From an uncultured Muribaculaceae bacterium (GTDB lineage Bacteria > Bacteroidota > Bacteroidia > Bacteroidales > Muribaculaceae): a stretch of DNA of 64,000 nt. The notes under the pieces are model-generated. The model saw nothing but the letters and a program-made list of their open reading frames with translations, was not told the DNA's origin and did not search any database. Made by a program: the position numbers and the translations under genes. Numbering within the stretch: position 1 is the stretch's first letter; every line of letters begins with the position of its first letter. The stretch lies in the NCBI GenBank assembly GCA_910587545.1, contig CAJUMI010000001.1, positions 16,722 to 80,721 of the forward strand. The letters run 5' to 3'. Positions 56,262-64,000 of this stretch are shown in pieces.

Positions 56262-58022
56262 ATGCTCAAGCGTTTTTTTGTCTCAATGCTCGGTACGATC
56301 GCCGGCATCTGGTTTTCAATTCTGCTGTTTGTCATCGCCGGCATAGCCATCACGGCAGCCATCATCGGCGCATCGTCAACAACCGCCGACATCAAAGACA
56401 ATTCGATTTTATATCTCCGTCTCGAAGGTGACATCATCGAATGCACCCAGACTCAGAACTTCATGGATCTCGTCCGCGATTTCAAAAGCGATGGTTTGAC
56501 TCTCAAGGATATGATCACATCCATACGCCTCGCCGCCACCGACCGTAAGATCAAAGGTATCTATATCGACGCCGCAGGCTCGAGCATGGGTGTCGCATCT
56601 CGACAGGAGCTTCTCGAAGCCCTCAGGGAATTCAAGGAATCAGGCAAATGGATCTATGCTTACGCTGATAACTTCGCCCAGGGAGACTACCTCGTGTCAT
56701 CGATCGCCGACAAAATTATCCTAAATCCGGTAGGCGACGTAGACATCCACGGCGTCGGCATGCAGTCGCCCTTCTTCAAGGGGCTGCTCGACAAACTCGG
56801 CGTCAAGATGCAGGTCGTGAAAGTCGGCACTTACAAGAGCGCCGTCGAGCCGTTTATCCTCGACTCCATGAGCGAACCGGCCCGCCGGCAGAATCAGATC
56901 TATGTCGACTCTATCTGGAACTTCTACGCGACAACGATCGCACATAACCGAGATGTCACCCCCGCCGTTGTATCGGCATGGGCCGACAGCCTGACATTCG
57001 CCTGGACTGCCGAACACGCCGTCAGCTCACAGATCGTAACCGAAACAGCCTATCGCCGCACGGTCGAGGACATGCTCCGCGACCTCACCGATGTCGACCG
57101 CGGCAACGATCTCCGTCTGGTGTCGCCGGCCGCTTATATGGAGTCCCACAAAAACAAACTCGCATCAGCGTCAGATAAGCACATTGCCGTTCTTTATGCT
57201 GTCGGCGACATTGTCGATTCGGGTGAAGGCGGCATCGTCGGATCGACAATGGTTCCTCAGATCCTCGACCTCGCCGACGATGATGACGTGGCCGCTCTTG
57301 TGCTCCGCGTCAACTCCGGCGGCGGCAGCGCCTTCGCTTCCGAACAGATCTGGGAAGCGCTCGAATATTTCAAATCCAAAGACAAGCCTCTATATGTCTC
57401 GATGGGCGACTACGCCGCGTCGGGAGGCTATTATATCAGTTGCGGAGCCGACCGGATATATGCCGATGCCACCACACTCACCGGCTCGATCGGAGTGTTC
57501 GGCATGATACCCGACCTTAGCGGTCTGGTGACAGGCAAACTCGGCGTGACATTCTCCACTGTAGCCTCGAGTCCCAACGCCACTTTCATGACGGTCACCG
57601 GTCCTATGACCGCCGGACAGAAAGCCTCTATGCAGCGTCATGTCGAAGACACCTACGACCTGTTCACCTCACGCGTCGCCGAAGGACGCGGCATGAGCGT
57701 CGACTCCGTCAAAGCCATTGCCGAAGGACGTGTATGGATAGGCTCGTCGGCTCTTGAGCTCGGTCTTGTCGATAAACTCGGCAGCCTCAACGATGCCGTC
57801 TCGGAATTAGCATCCGAGATCGATCTCGACCCGGACCAATGGGTCGCCTACCCCGACGTCAAAAATGACCTGCTCGAGCGTCTGCTCGAAGAGACCTCCC
57901 AGCTGCAGAGCAAAGGCGGCATCACACTCGACAGCGAAATGCTCCGATGGCTACTTGTCGCCAAACGCATCTCTGATATGGAACCCGTGCAGGCCCGCAT
58001 GCCTGAAATTGTGATACGCTAA
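56262..58022 (+). CDS. sppA: signal peptide peptidase SppA, 67K type (tandem S49 domains)
   Basis: The 586-aa ORF has an N-terminal TM helix, two ClpP/crotonase-like halves and the catalytic-Ser context GDYAASGGYY. Confidence 0.9.
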   Translation: MLKRFFVSMLGTIAGIWFSILLFVIAGIAITAAIIGASSTTADIKDNSILYLRLEGDIIECTQTQNFMDLVRDFKSDGLTLKDMITSIRLAATDRKIKGIYIDAAGSSMGVASRQELLEALREFKESGKWIYAYADNFAQGDYLVSSIADKIILNPVGDVDIHGVGMQSPFFKGLLDKLGVKMQVVKVGTYKSAVEPFILDSMSEPARRQNQIYVDSIWNFYATTIAHNRDVTPAVVSAWADSLTFAWTAEHAVSSQIVTETAYRRTVEDMLRDLTDVDRGNDLRLVSPAAYMESHKNKLASASDKHIAVLYAVGDIVDSGEGGIVGSTMVPQILDLADDDDVAALVLRVNSGGGSAFASEQIWEALEYFKSKDKPLYVSMGDYAASGGYYISCGADRIYADATTLTGSIGVFGMIPDLSGLVTGKLGVTFSTVASSPNATFMTVTGPMTAGQKASMQRHVEDTYDLFTSRVAEGRGMSVDSVKAIAEGRVWIGSSALELGLVDKLGSLNDAVSELASEIDLDPDQWVAYPDVKNDLLERLLEETSQLQSKGGITLDSEMLRWLLVAKRISDMEPVQARMPEIVIR

Positions 58023-58055
58023 TATCAGTCGATATCCGACAAACCCTGATCAACA

Positions 58056-59156
58056 ATGTCGTTTCGCTCAGTCGCCGCAAAGATTGTTCTTCTGCCCTGC
58101 TCCAAGATTTATGGAGCGGCGACTTTCTTGCGCAACAAATTTTTTGACTGGGGCATACTCAAGCAGCACGAATTCGACATCCCTGTCGTAGTGGTGGGAA
58201 ACCTTACCGCCGGCGGCACAGGCAAGACGCCCCACGTCGAGCATATCGTCGAGTCAATGCGCCACAGCCACCACATCGCCGTGCTGAGCCGTGGATACAA
58301 GCGAAGCACAAAAGGCTTTGTCCTCGCGTCCCCGCGGTCGACTCCCCGCGACATCGGCGACGAGGCGTTTCAGATCTACCACAAGTTCGACGGAAATATA
58401 GTGATGGCCGTATGCGAGGATCGCGTCCACGGCATCAACGAACTGCTGCGCATCGACCCGGCGATCAACATGATCGTCCTTGACGACGCCTTCCAGCACC
58501 GTTATGTCAAACCACGCGTCGCCATCCTCATCACCGAATACGGCCGCCCGATCTATCAGGACAAGCTACTGCCTTACGGACGGCTGCGCGAGTCCATCCG
58601 CGGCATGGGACGCGCCGATATCGTCATCACCACCAAATGTCCCGACGACAGCAAGCCGCTCGACTACCGTCTGGTGAGCCGTAATCTCGAGTTGTTCCCT
58701 TACCAGAAGCTCTTCTTCTCGCGCTATGCCTATCAGAATCTGGTGCCGCTCTTCCCCGACGCCGTCCGCTCGGTGCCCTTCCTTGACTGGATGAGCGAAA
58801 ACGACACCATACTCGCCGTCGCCGGCATCGGCAATCCAAGGCCGTTTATCCGCTATCTCAAAAGTTTCCTGCCGAGGGTCAAGGTCAACATATTCCCCGA
58901 CCATCACAACTATACCCGCAAGGACATCGAGCTGATCAAGGAGCGATACAAGGCCATGAAGGGCGAGACCCGCATAATAATCACCACCGAGAAAGACGCG
59001 GTCCGACTGATATGCAACCCCTACTTCCCCCACGAACTCAAAGCCGTGACATTCTATCTGCCGATAAAGGTAGAGTTTATCAACCGGCCCAACAGCGAAG
59101 ACTTCTCTCTTTCCCTAAGAAAACTCATCAAGGACAACGATGTCAGGAAAGCCTGA
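58056..59156 (+). CDS. lpxK: tetraacyldisaccharide 4'-kinase
   Basis: The 366-aa ORF has the P-loop VVVGNLTAGGTGKTP plus SRGYKR and LDDAFQH. Confidence 0.92.
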   Translation: MSFRSVAAKIVLLPCSKIYGAATFLRNKFFDWGILKQHEFDIPVVVVGNLTAGGTGKTPHVEHIVESMRHSHHIAVLSRGYKRSTKGFVLASPRSTPRDIGDEAFQIYHKFDGNIVMAVCEDRVHGINELLRIDPAINMIVLDDAFQHRYVKPRVAILITEYGRPIYQDKLLPYGRLRESIRGMGRADIVITTKCPDDSKPLDYRLVSRNLELFPYQKLFFSRYAYQNLVPLFPDAVRSVPFLDWMSENDTILAVAGIGNPRPFIRYLKSFLPRVKVNIFPDHHNYTRKDIELIKERYKAMKGETRIIITTEKDAVRLICNPYFPHELKAVTFYLPIKVEFINRPNSEDFSLSLRKLIKDNDVRKA

Positions 59157-59218
59157 AAACTCTTGACATCGGCTTCTTGTTATTACATAACTAATTATTA
59201 ACCGAAAATTCATACTCC

Positions 59219-60031
59219 ATGTTAGAAAAAATCAAGCAGACTGCAGACTTTTTGCGCTCAAAGGTCAGCGATATCCCTGAAATCGCCATCATCCTCGGAA
59301 CCGGACTCGGAAATCTCGGCGACCACATCACCGACAAACTGTACATACCCTATAAGGATATCCCCAACTTTCCCGTCTCGACAGTCGAAGGCCACAGCGG
59401 AAACCTGATCTTCGGCTCCCTCGGGGGCAAACGCGTCATGGCCATGCAGGGACGCTTCCACTACTACGAAGGCTATGACATGAAACAGGTGACCTTCCCC
59501 GTGCGCGTCATGCAGATGCTCGGAGTCAAAACTCTTTTTGTCAGCAATGCAGCCGGAGGCATGAACAAAGAGTTCCATGTCGGCGACGTCATGGTCATCA
59601 CCGATCACATCAACCTTTTCCCCGAGAACCCTCTCCGCGGCAAGAACCACGAAGAGCTCGGACCGCGCTTCCCGGCGATGACCGAAGCATACTCCAGGCA
59701 GCTCGTTGCGTTGGCCGACACCATCGGCAACGAAAAAAGCCTGCGTCTGATGCACGGCGTCTATGTCGGCACTCCCGGCCCGACATTCGAGACTCCGGCC
59801 GAATATGAATATTTCCGCGTGATAGGCGGCGACGCCGTCGGCATGTCGACTGTCCCCGAAGTCATCGTGGCCAATCACGGCGGCATGCGTGTGTTCGGCA
59901 TATCGGTGATCACCGATCTCGGCGGCAAGGACATAACCGAAGTTCCCACCCACGAAGAAGTGCAGAAAGCCGCCGTAAAGGCTCAGCCCGTCGTCGTGGA
60001 ACTCATCAAGGAAATGGTCGCCCGTTCATAG
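59219..60031 (+). CDS. purine nucleoside phosphorylase (trimeric PunA-type)
   Basis: The 270-aa ORF contains ILGTGLG, STVEGHSG, MQGRFHYYEGY and GADAVGMSTVPE-like GGDAVGMSTVPEV. Confidence 0.9.
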   Translation: MLEKIKQTADFLRSKVSDIPEIAIILGTGLGNLGDHITDKLYIPYKDIPNFPVSTVEGHSGNLIFGSLGGKRVMAMQGRFHYYEGYDMKQVTFPVRVMQMLGVKTLFVSNAAGGMNKEFHVGDVMVITDHINLFPENPLRGKNHEELGPRFPAMTEAYSRQLVALADTIGNEKSLRLMHGVYVGTPGPTFETPAEYEYFRVIGGDAVGMSTVPEVIVANHGGMRVFGISVITDLGGKDITEVPTHEEVQKAAVKAQPVVVELIKEMVARS

Positions 60032-60035
60032 AAAT

Positions 60036-61064
60036 ATGGCAACAGAAATTTCATCGCTCGGCGAATTCGGGCTCATTGACCGCCTGACAAAAGATCTCCC
60101 CCGTTTCCATGACTCTACGGTCAAGGGCGTGGGCGACGATGCCGCCGTACTTTCCTATCCCGCGACAAGAATACTGGTCACAACAGACCTGCTTCTCGAG
60201 AACGTCCATTTCGACCTGACGTATGTGCCGCTGAAACACCTCGGCTACAAATCGGCCGTGGTCAATTTCTCCGACATCTACGCTATGAACGGCACCCCCC
60301 GGCAGATCACCGTCTCGCTCGGCGTGTCGAAGCGCTTCACCGTCGAGCATATCGAAGAACTCTATTCCGGCATACGCCTCGCCTGCGAGATATACGGCGT
60401 CGATCTTGTCGGTGGCGACACCTCGGCCTCTCATCAGGGCCTGGTCATCTCGATAACATGTATCGGTGACGCACCTGAAGACAAAGTGGTCATGAGAAGC
60501 GGTGCCCGCGACACAGATCTTATATGTGTCAGCGGTGACCTCGGCGCCGCATATATGGGACTGCAGCTGCTCGAACGCGAAAAGATCGCCTCGGCAGGAC
60601 AAAAGGACTTCCAGCCCGAATTCGGCGGCAAGGAATATATCATCGAGCGACAGCTCAAGCCCGAAGCCCGAAAGGATATAATCGCCGAACTCGCCAAGGC
60701 CGGCATCAAGCCCACCGCCATGATGGACGTCAGCGACGGACTCTCGTCCGAGCTTCTGCACATATGCAAGGCGAGCGGTTGCGGTTGCCGCGTCTACGAA
60801 GACCGCATTCCCATCGATTACCAGACTGCCATGATGGCCGAAGAACTGAACATGAACCTTGTCACTGCGGCTCTCAACGGAGGAGAAGACTACGAACTGC
60901 TTTTCACCGTTCCGCTCACCGACCACGAAAAGATAAAGCAGTTGCCCGGGATCCGTGTGATCGGCTACATCACCAAGCCCGAGCTTGGCAGTGCACTCAT
61001 CACCCGCGACGATACAGAGATCCCTCTCCGCGCCCAAGGCTGGAACCCCCTCGCCGAAGAGTAA
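60036..61064 (+). CDS. thiL: thiamine-monophosphate kinase
   Basis: The 342-aa ORF contains GVGDDAAVL, DLVGGDTS, MMDVSDGL and GGEDYELLFT. Confidence 0.92.
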   Translation: MATEISSLGEFGLIDRLTKDLPRFHDSTVKGVGDDAAVLSYPATRILVTTDLLLENVHFDLTYVPLKHLGYKSAVVNFSDIYAMNGTPRQITVSLGVSKRFTVEHIEELYSGIRLACEIYGVDLVGGDTSASHQGLVISITCIGDAPEDKVVMRSGARDTDLICVSGDLGAAYMGLQLLEREKIASAGQKDFQPEFGGKEYIIERQLKPEARKDIIAELAKAGIKPTAMMDVSDGLSSELLHICKASGCGCRVYEDRIPIDYQTAMMAEELNMNLVTAALNGGEDYELLFTVPLTDHEKIKQLPGIRVIGYITKPELGSALITRDDTEIPLRAQGWNPLAEE

Positions 61065-61085
61065 TCGCCTCACTCAATTATATTC

Positions 61086-61130
61086 ACGGTCTGTTCGGAT
61101 TGTCCGAACAGACCGTTTTGCTGATTTTTT
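61086..61130 (+). terminator. strong intrinsic terminator after thiL
   Basis: ACGGTCTGTTCGG-loop-CCGAACAGACCGT forms a 13-14-bp perfect stem, followed by TTTTGCTGATTTTTT. Confidence 0.8.
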
Positions 61131-61153
61131 AATAAATTATTTATAAAATCTAA

Positions 61154-61184
61154 TTTGGGAATCAGGAAAATATACATATATTTG
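61154..61184 (+). promoter_or_regulatory. Bacteroides-type promoter TTTG-N19-TATATTTG upstream of the T9SS cargo gene
   Basis: TTTG lies at 61154-61157 and TATATTTG at 61177-61184. The ATG is at 61237. Confidence 0.55.
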
Positions 61185-61236
61185 CAAAGATTATTCAATC
61201 AAACTATTTTACTAACCAGAAAACATTTATCAATCC

Positions 61237-63426
61237 ATGAAGAAAACTTTACGCTCTCTGGCTATCGCAGCCTTAGCTCTGCCGTTAGTCGCTTCTGCCG
61301 AAATCACCATGACAACCGTCTGGATGAACGGCGTTGTCGACGGAGTCGCAACTCCCATCCCCGGACTTGACGCAGGTTGGAACAAACCGACACCCACACA
61401 TCAGAGTACATCGACATGCTCTCGTTTCGGCATAGGCAAGGACGGTAAAATTCTTACGACCAACCACATAACAAATACCATTGTCGCATGGGATGGCAAA
61501 TCGATGTCTACGTTTGCACAACTGCCAGCCGTTACGACAGAAAAGTGGAACGGTACGGTTCTTGCTACTGACGACGCAGGCAATGTCGTATTCAACTTCA
61601 ACTTCACCGATCCCAACACCTCACTTCAGAACTGGGGTGTAATCGGCAAAGACGGCGCTATCACAGAAGTCACACTTTCAACCCCCATGTCCGAACTCAC
61701 CGGCCACACCGGACGCATCGACATCATCAGCCATATCGTTGGTGACGTTACCAGCGAAAAAGGCGGTATCGGCTACTCTACAAACAAAGGTTCCGGCCAG
61801 GTTGTTATGTTCCACTTCAAAGGCAACGGCTCTAAAGTTACTTCCGTAACAGCAAAAATGTCACAGGAAGTGCCTTATCTCAAAGACCTCAGCGATAAAG
61901 CTAAATATCAGACTGAGACATGGCAGCCATCGCCTAAATTCAACACCGTAGACCAGCTTCTGCAAGGAAATCCGGAGGATAATTTCCATCTCGGCCTTGG
62001 TGTATTATCACCCAATGCAATGGATGGTATGCCCAGTATTGCAGGAGGCTCGCTTGCAAACTTTGAAAACGGCTACGCTGCTTTGCTGCAGAATGTCGGA
62101 AATCGTTTCTACACATCGACTGCTTTGGTTTATCTTGGAGGCGAAAAATATATCGTGCGCAACTATGCTCCTGCAGATGATGAACTGCTTACAGCATGGA
62201 AAGGCGTCATGAATTTTGGCATCTTCAAAGAAGACGGTACTCTTGTAGCAAGTTGGCAAGGTTCACAATACACAAATGGATTTGGATCTGAAACCATAAC
62301 TGTCGAAACAATTGACGAAAATAATGCAAACATCTACATTTATGTAGCAACTGGAACAGAGGACAAAGCTTCCGGTACAATTGGTGGCGCATACGCTGCT
62401 ATGGTAAAAGTTAGCACTGAACCTGTAGCAGCCGAGCCTGACGGCACAAAAGAGCATCCCTATGAAATCGCTACGGCCGACGATCTCTGCAACATGTGGT
62501 CTCTTATGAAACCCAAGGCTCAGACGTATTTCGTACAGACTGCCGACATCGACATGGCTGGCATTGAGGAATATGTAGCTCCCAACGGTAACAGCGGTAT
62601 ATTTGATTGCGCCATCCACTATGACGGTCAGAATCACGTGATCAAGAACTTCGCTCCGAAAGACCGCGTTGCAGGTATTGGAGATAAGGCATACTATTGT
62701 ACTTCTGTATTCGGTGTGGCACAAGGTACAATCAAGAACCTCGGCATTATCGACGCCAATATTACAGTAACGAAGTTCGAAGCAGGTATACTCGCAGCCT
62801 TCCTTGGCGGGACCTGGGCAAATACTGAAACAATTCAGATTCCATCTTCAATGGAAAATGTATTCGTAATCGGCAAGATCAAACACACTCACGAAAATGA
62901 CGGCACAGATCAGAAACCGACCGGCGGTATGATCGGTCAGGTTGCTGCAGACATAACACTCACAAACTGCTACGCTCAGGTCGAAGTTGAAGCTAAATAC
63001 AATGCAGCCGGTATCGTTGCAACTCTCGGCAATACTATGACTCTCAACAACTGCTATGTTTCAGCAACTGTCAAAGGCAAACCTGCCAACCTCGTCGCAA
63101 ACGGCGGCACAGTTGTAGCAAACAACGTCGTTGCATTCGGCGAAGGCGAAGTGCCTGCAGGTGTTACCCGCTACGCAGCCGGCGCTGCTGACGGCATCCA
63201 AGCTGTTCAGGCATGGTCTGCTTTCAACCAGGGCAAACTCATCAACGGTCTTCCCGCCTTCAACTGGCAGGACGTTTCAGGCATCTACGACATAGCTGTT
63301 GACGAAGCAGACAACGCTCCCGCAGTTTACTACAATCTCCAGGGCGTGCAGGTTGCCAATCCCGAAAACGGCGTTTACATCGTCCGTCGCGGCAACAAGG
63401 TGTCCAAGGAACTCATCCGCAGATGA
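61237..63426 (+). CDS. secreted surface protein with a T9SS (Por) C-terminal sorting domain; N-terminal beta-rich domain plus a GLUG/beta-helix-like central region
   Basis: The 729-aa ORF has the signal peptide MKKTLRSLAIAALALPLVASA. The central region reads GTKEHPYEIATADDL...YFVQTADIDMAG...YDGQNHVIKNF...GGMIGQV. The C-terminus AVYYNLQGVQVANPENGVYIVRRGNKVSKELIRR is typical of the T9SS CTD. Confidence 0.75.
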   Translation: MKKTLRSLAIAALALPLVASAEITMTTVWMNGVVDGVATPIPGLDAGWNKPTPTHQSTSTCSRFGIGKDGKILTTNHITNTIVAWDGKSMSTFAQLPAVTTEKWNGTVLATDDAGNVVFNFNFTDPNTSLQNWGVIGKDGAITEVTLSTPMSELTGHTGRIDIISHIVGDVTSEKGGIGYSTNKGSGQVVMFHFKGNGSKVTSVTAKMSQEVPYLKDLSDKAKYQTETWQPSPKFNTVDQLLQGNPEDNFHLGLGVLSPNAMDGMPSIAGGSLANFENGYAALLQNVGNRFYTSTALVYLGGEKYIVRNYAPADDELLTAWKGVMNFGIFKEDGTLVASWQGSQYTNGFGSETITVETIDENNANIYIYVATGTEDKASGTIGGAYAAMVKVSTEPVAAEPDGTKEHPYEIATADDLCNMWSLMKPKAQTYFVQTADIDMAGIEEYVAPNGNSGIFDCAIHYDGQNHVIKNFAPKDRVAGIGDKAYYCTSVFGVAQGTIKNLGIIDANITVTKFEAGILAAFLGGTWANTETIQIPSSMENVFVIGKIKHTHENDGTDQKPTGGMIGQVAADITLTNCYAQVEVEAKYNAAGIVATLGNTMTLNNCYVSATVKGKPANLVANGGTVVANNVVAFGEGEVPAGVTRYAAGAADGIQAVQAWSAFNQGKLINGLPAFNWQDVSGIYDIAVDEADNAPAVYYNLQGVQVANPENGVYIVRRGNKVSKELIRR

Positions 63427-63457
63427 TCAAGCAAACTTATAAATAACTTTCCCATCG

Positions 63458-63491
63458 GCGGGCGGCCTCATTCTGGCCGCCCGCTCTATTT
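63458..63491 (+). terminator. intrinsic terminator after the T9SS cargo gene
   Basis: GCGGGCGGCC-N7-GGCCGCCCGC forms a 10-bp perfect stem followed by TCTATTT. Confidence 0.65.
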
Positions 63492-63586
63492 AAAGTCAAA
63501 AATCCTACCCGTCCAGGAGGTTCGAGCTGTCTGAGTTGTCCCAATTGTCCGACCCGTCCTAAAAGCTCCGGCCGACGTGAACTTTT

Positions 63587-63618
63587 TTTGTGTGTTAAAC
63601 ATTAAATTTGTACTTTTG
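63587..63618 (+). promoter_or_regulatory. Bacteroides-type promoter TTTG-N20-TACTTTTG upstream of nusB
   Basis: TTTG lies at 63587-63590 and TACTTTTG at 63611-63618. A second -7-like box, TAAATTTG, sits directly upstream at 63603-63610. The ATG is at 63651. Confidence 0.5.
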
Positions 63619-63650
63619 CACAGTAAAATTATCGCACATTTAGAGATATT

Positions 63651-64000
63651 ATGGTAAATCGCATCCTAATAAGAATTAAAGTAGTGCAGATGCTCTACTC
63701 ATATCTGCTGACACGAAGCGAATTCAAGATAGACGCTACTCCTGAAACGACATCAAAGGACAAAAAATATGCTTATGCGGTTTATCTCGACCTTATCTTC
63801 CTTGTTCTTGAACTTTCGGGTCTGCGCTTCAAACGCAGCGACGACTCAATGTCGCCGACAATCGATGTCGACCGGCTGATCGCCGGAAACCGCGTCGGAA
63901 AAGCGTTGTTTGACAACGACACCATAAAAGCGATCATCCTTCGAGGCGGAGCTTCAGTAGAAGGCTTTGACTCACTGCTTCAGGATCTGTCAGACGCTAT
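63651..64000 (+). CDS. nusB: transcription antitermination factor NusB, partial; 3' end lies beyond the window edge
   Basis: My translation is MVNRILIRIKVVQMLYSYLLTRSEFKIDATPE...YAYAVYLDLIFLVLELSG..., an NusB-like N-terminus. The frame stays open to the window end. Confidence 0.75.
   Translation, partial: MVNRILIRIKVVQMLYSYLLTRSEFKIDATPETTSKDKKYAYAVYLDLIFLVLELSGLRFKRSDDSMSPTIDVDRLIAGNRVGKALFDNDTIKAIILRGGASVEGFDSLLQDLSDA

Overview
This is a gene-dense 64-kb chromosomal segment that looks like a Bacteroidota (Bacteroidales-type) genome. The evidence is a complete MoxR/DUF58/BatA-E aerotolerance operon, a FeoA-FeoB fusion, a cargo protein with a T9SS C-terminal sorting domain, and many intergenic matches to the Bacteroides primary-sigma promoter pattern TTTG-N18-22-TAnnTTTG. 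I call 53 protein-coding genes, two of them cut by the window edges. I found no rRNA, tRNA, CRISPR array, transposase, integrase or phage genes. The content is mostly housekeeping, in this order: esterase, Maa-type acetyltransferase, GH-like protein, MBL hydrolase, proS, umuDC, an HU-like pair, the bat operon, a USP protein, ygiQ-uvrB, feoAB, dCMP deaminase, Ctp peptidase, 5-FTHF cyclo-ligase, four envelope-lipid genes (LTA-synthase-like, PAP2, Omp85-like, EptA-like), nrdDG, yigZ, lon, rluD, a PASTA protein, a ClC channel, a phosphoglycosyl transferase, tsaC, cdsA, a phosphohexomutase, rluA-like, fmt, a PstS-like protein, a TPR protein, rarA, sppA, lpxK, PNP, thiL, the T9SS cargo and nusB. I do not see convincing evidence for a wholly new multi-gene system; nothing here resembles defence, toxin or mobile-element content. 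The leads worth checking are: (1) a PAP2 / Omp85-like / phosphoethanolamine-transferase / LTA-synthase-like cluster that may be a lipid A remodelling module; (2) a strong orphan intrinsic terminator in a 465-bp gene-free gap, which could mark an sRNA; (3) a consensus promoter that abuts a terminator-like hairpin just upstream of nrdD; (4) umuDC packed 1 nt behind proS with no promoter of its own, followed by an HU-like pair whose second member is a membrane-spanning HU-LysM fusion; (5) an in-frame TGA at a conserved Gly codon in an acetyltransferase; (6) a (CAG/CAA)n polyglutamine tract in batC. All functional calls rest on my reading of the translated ORFs and motifs, since no database search was possible.
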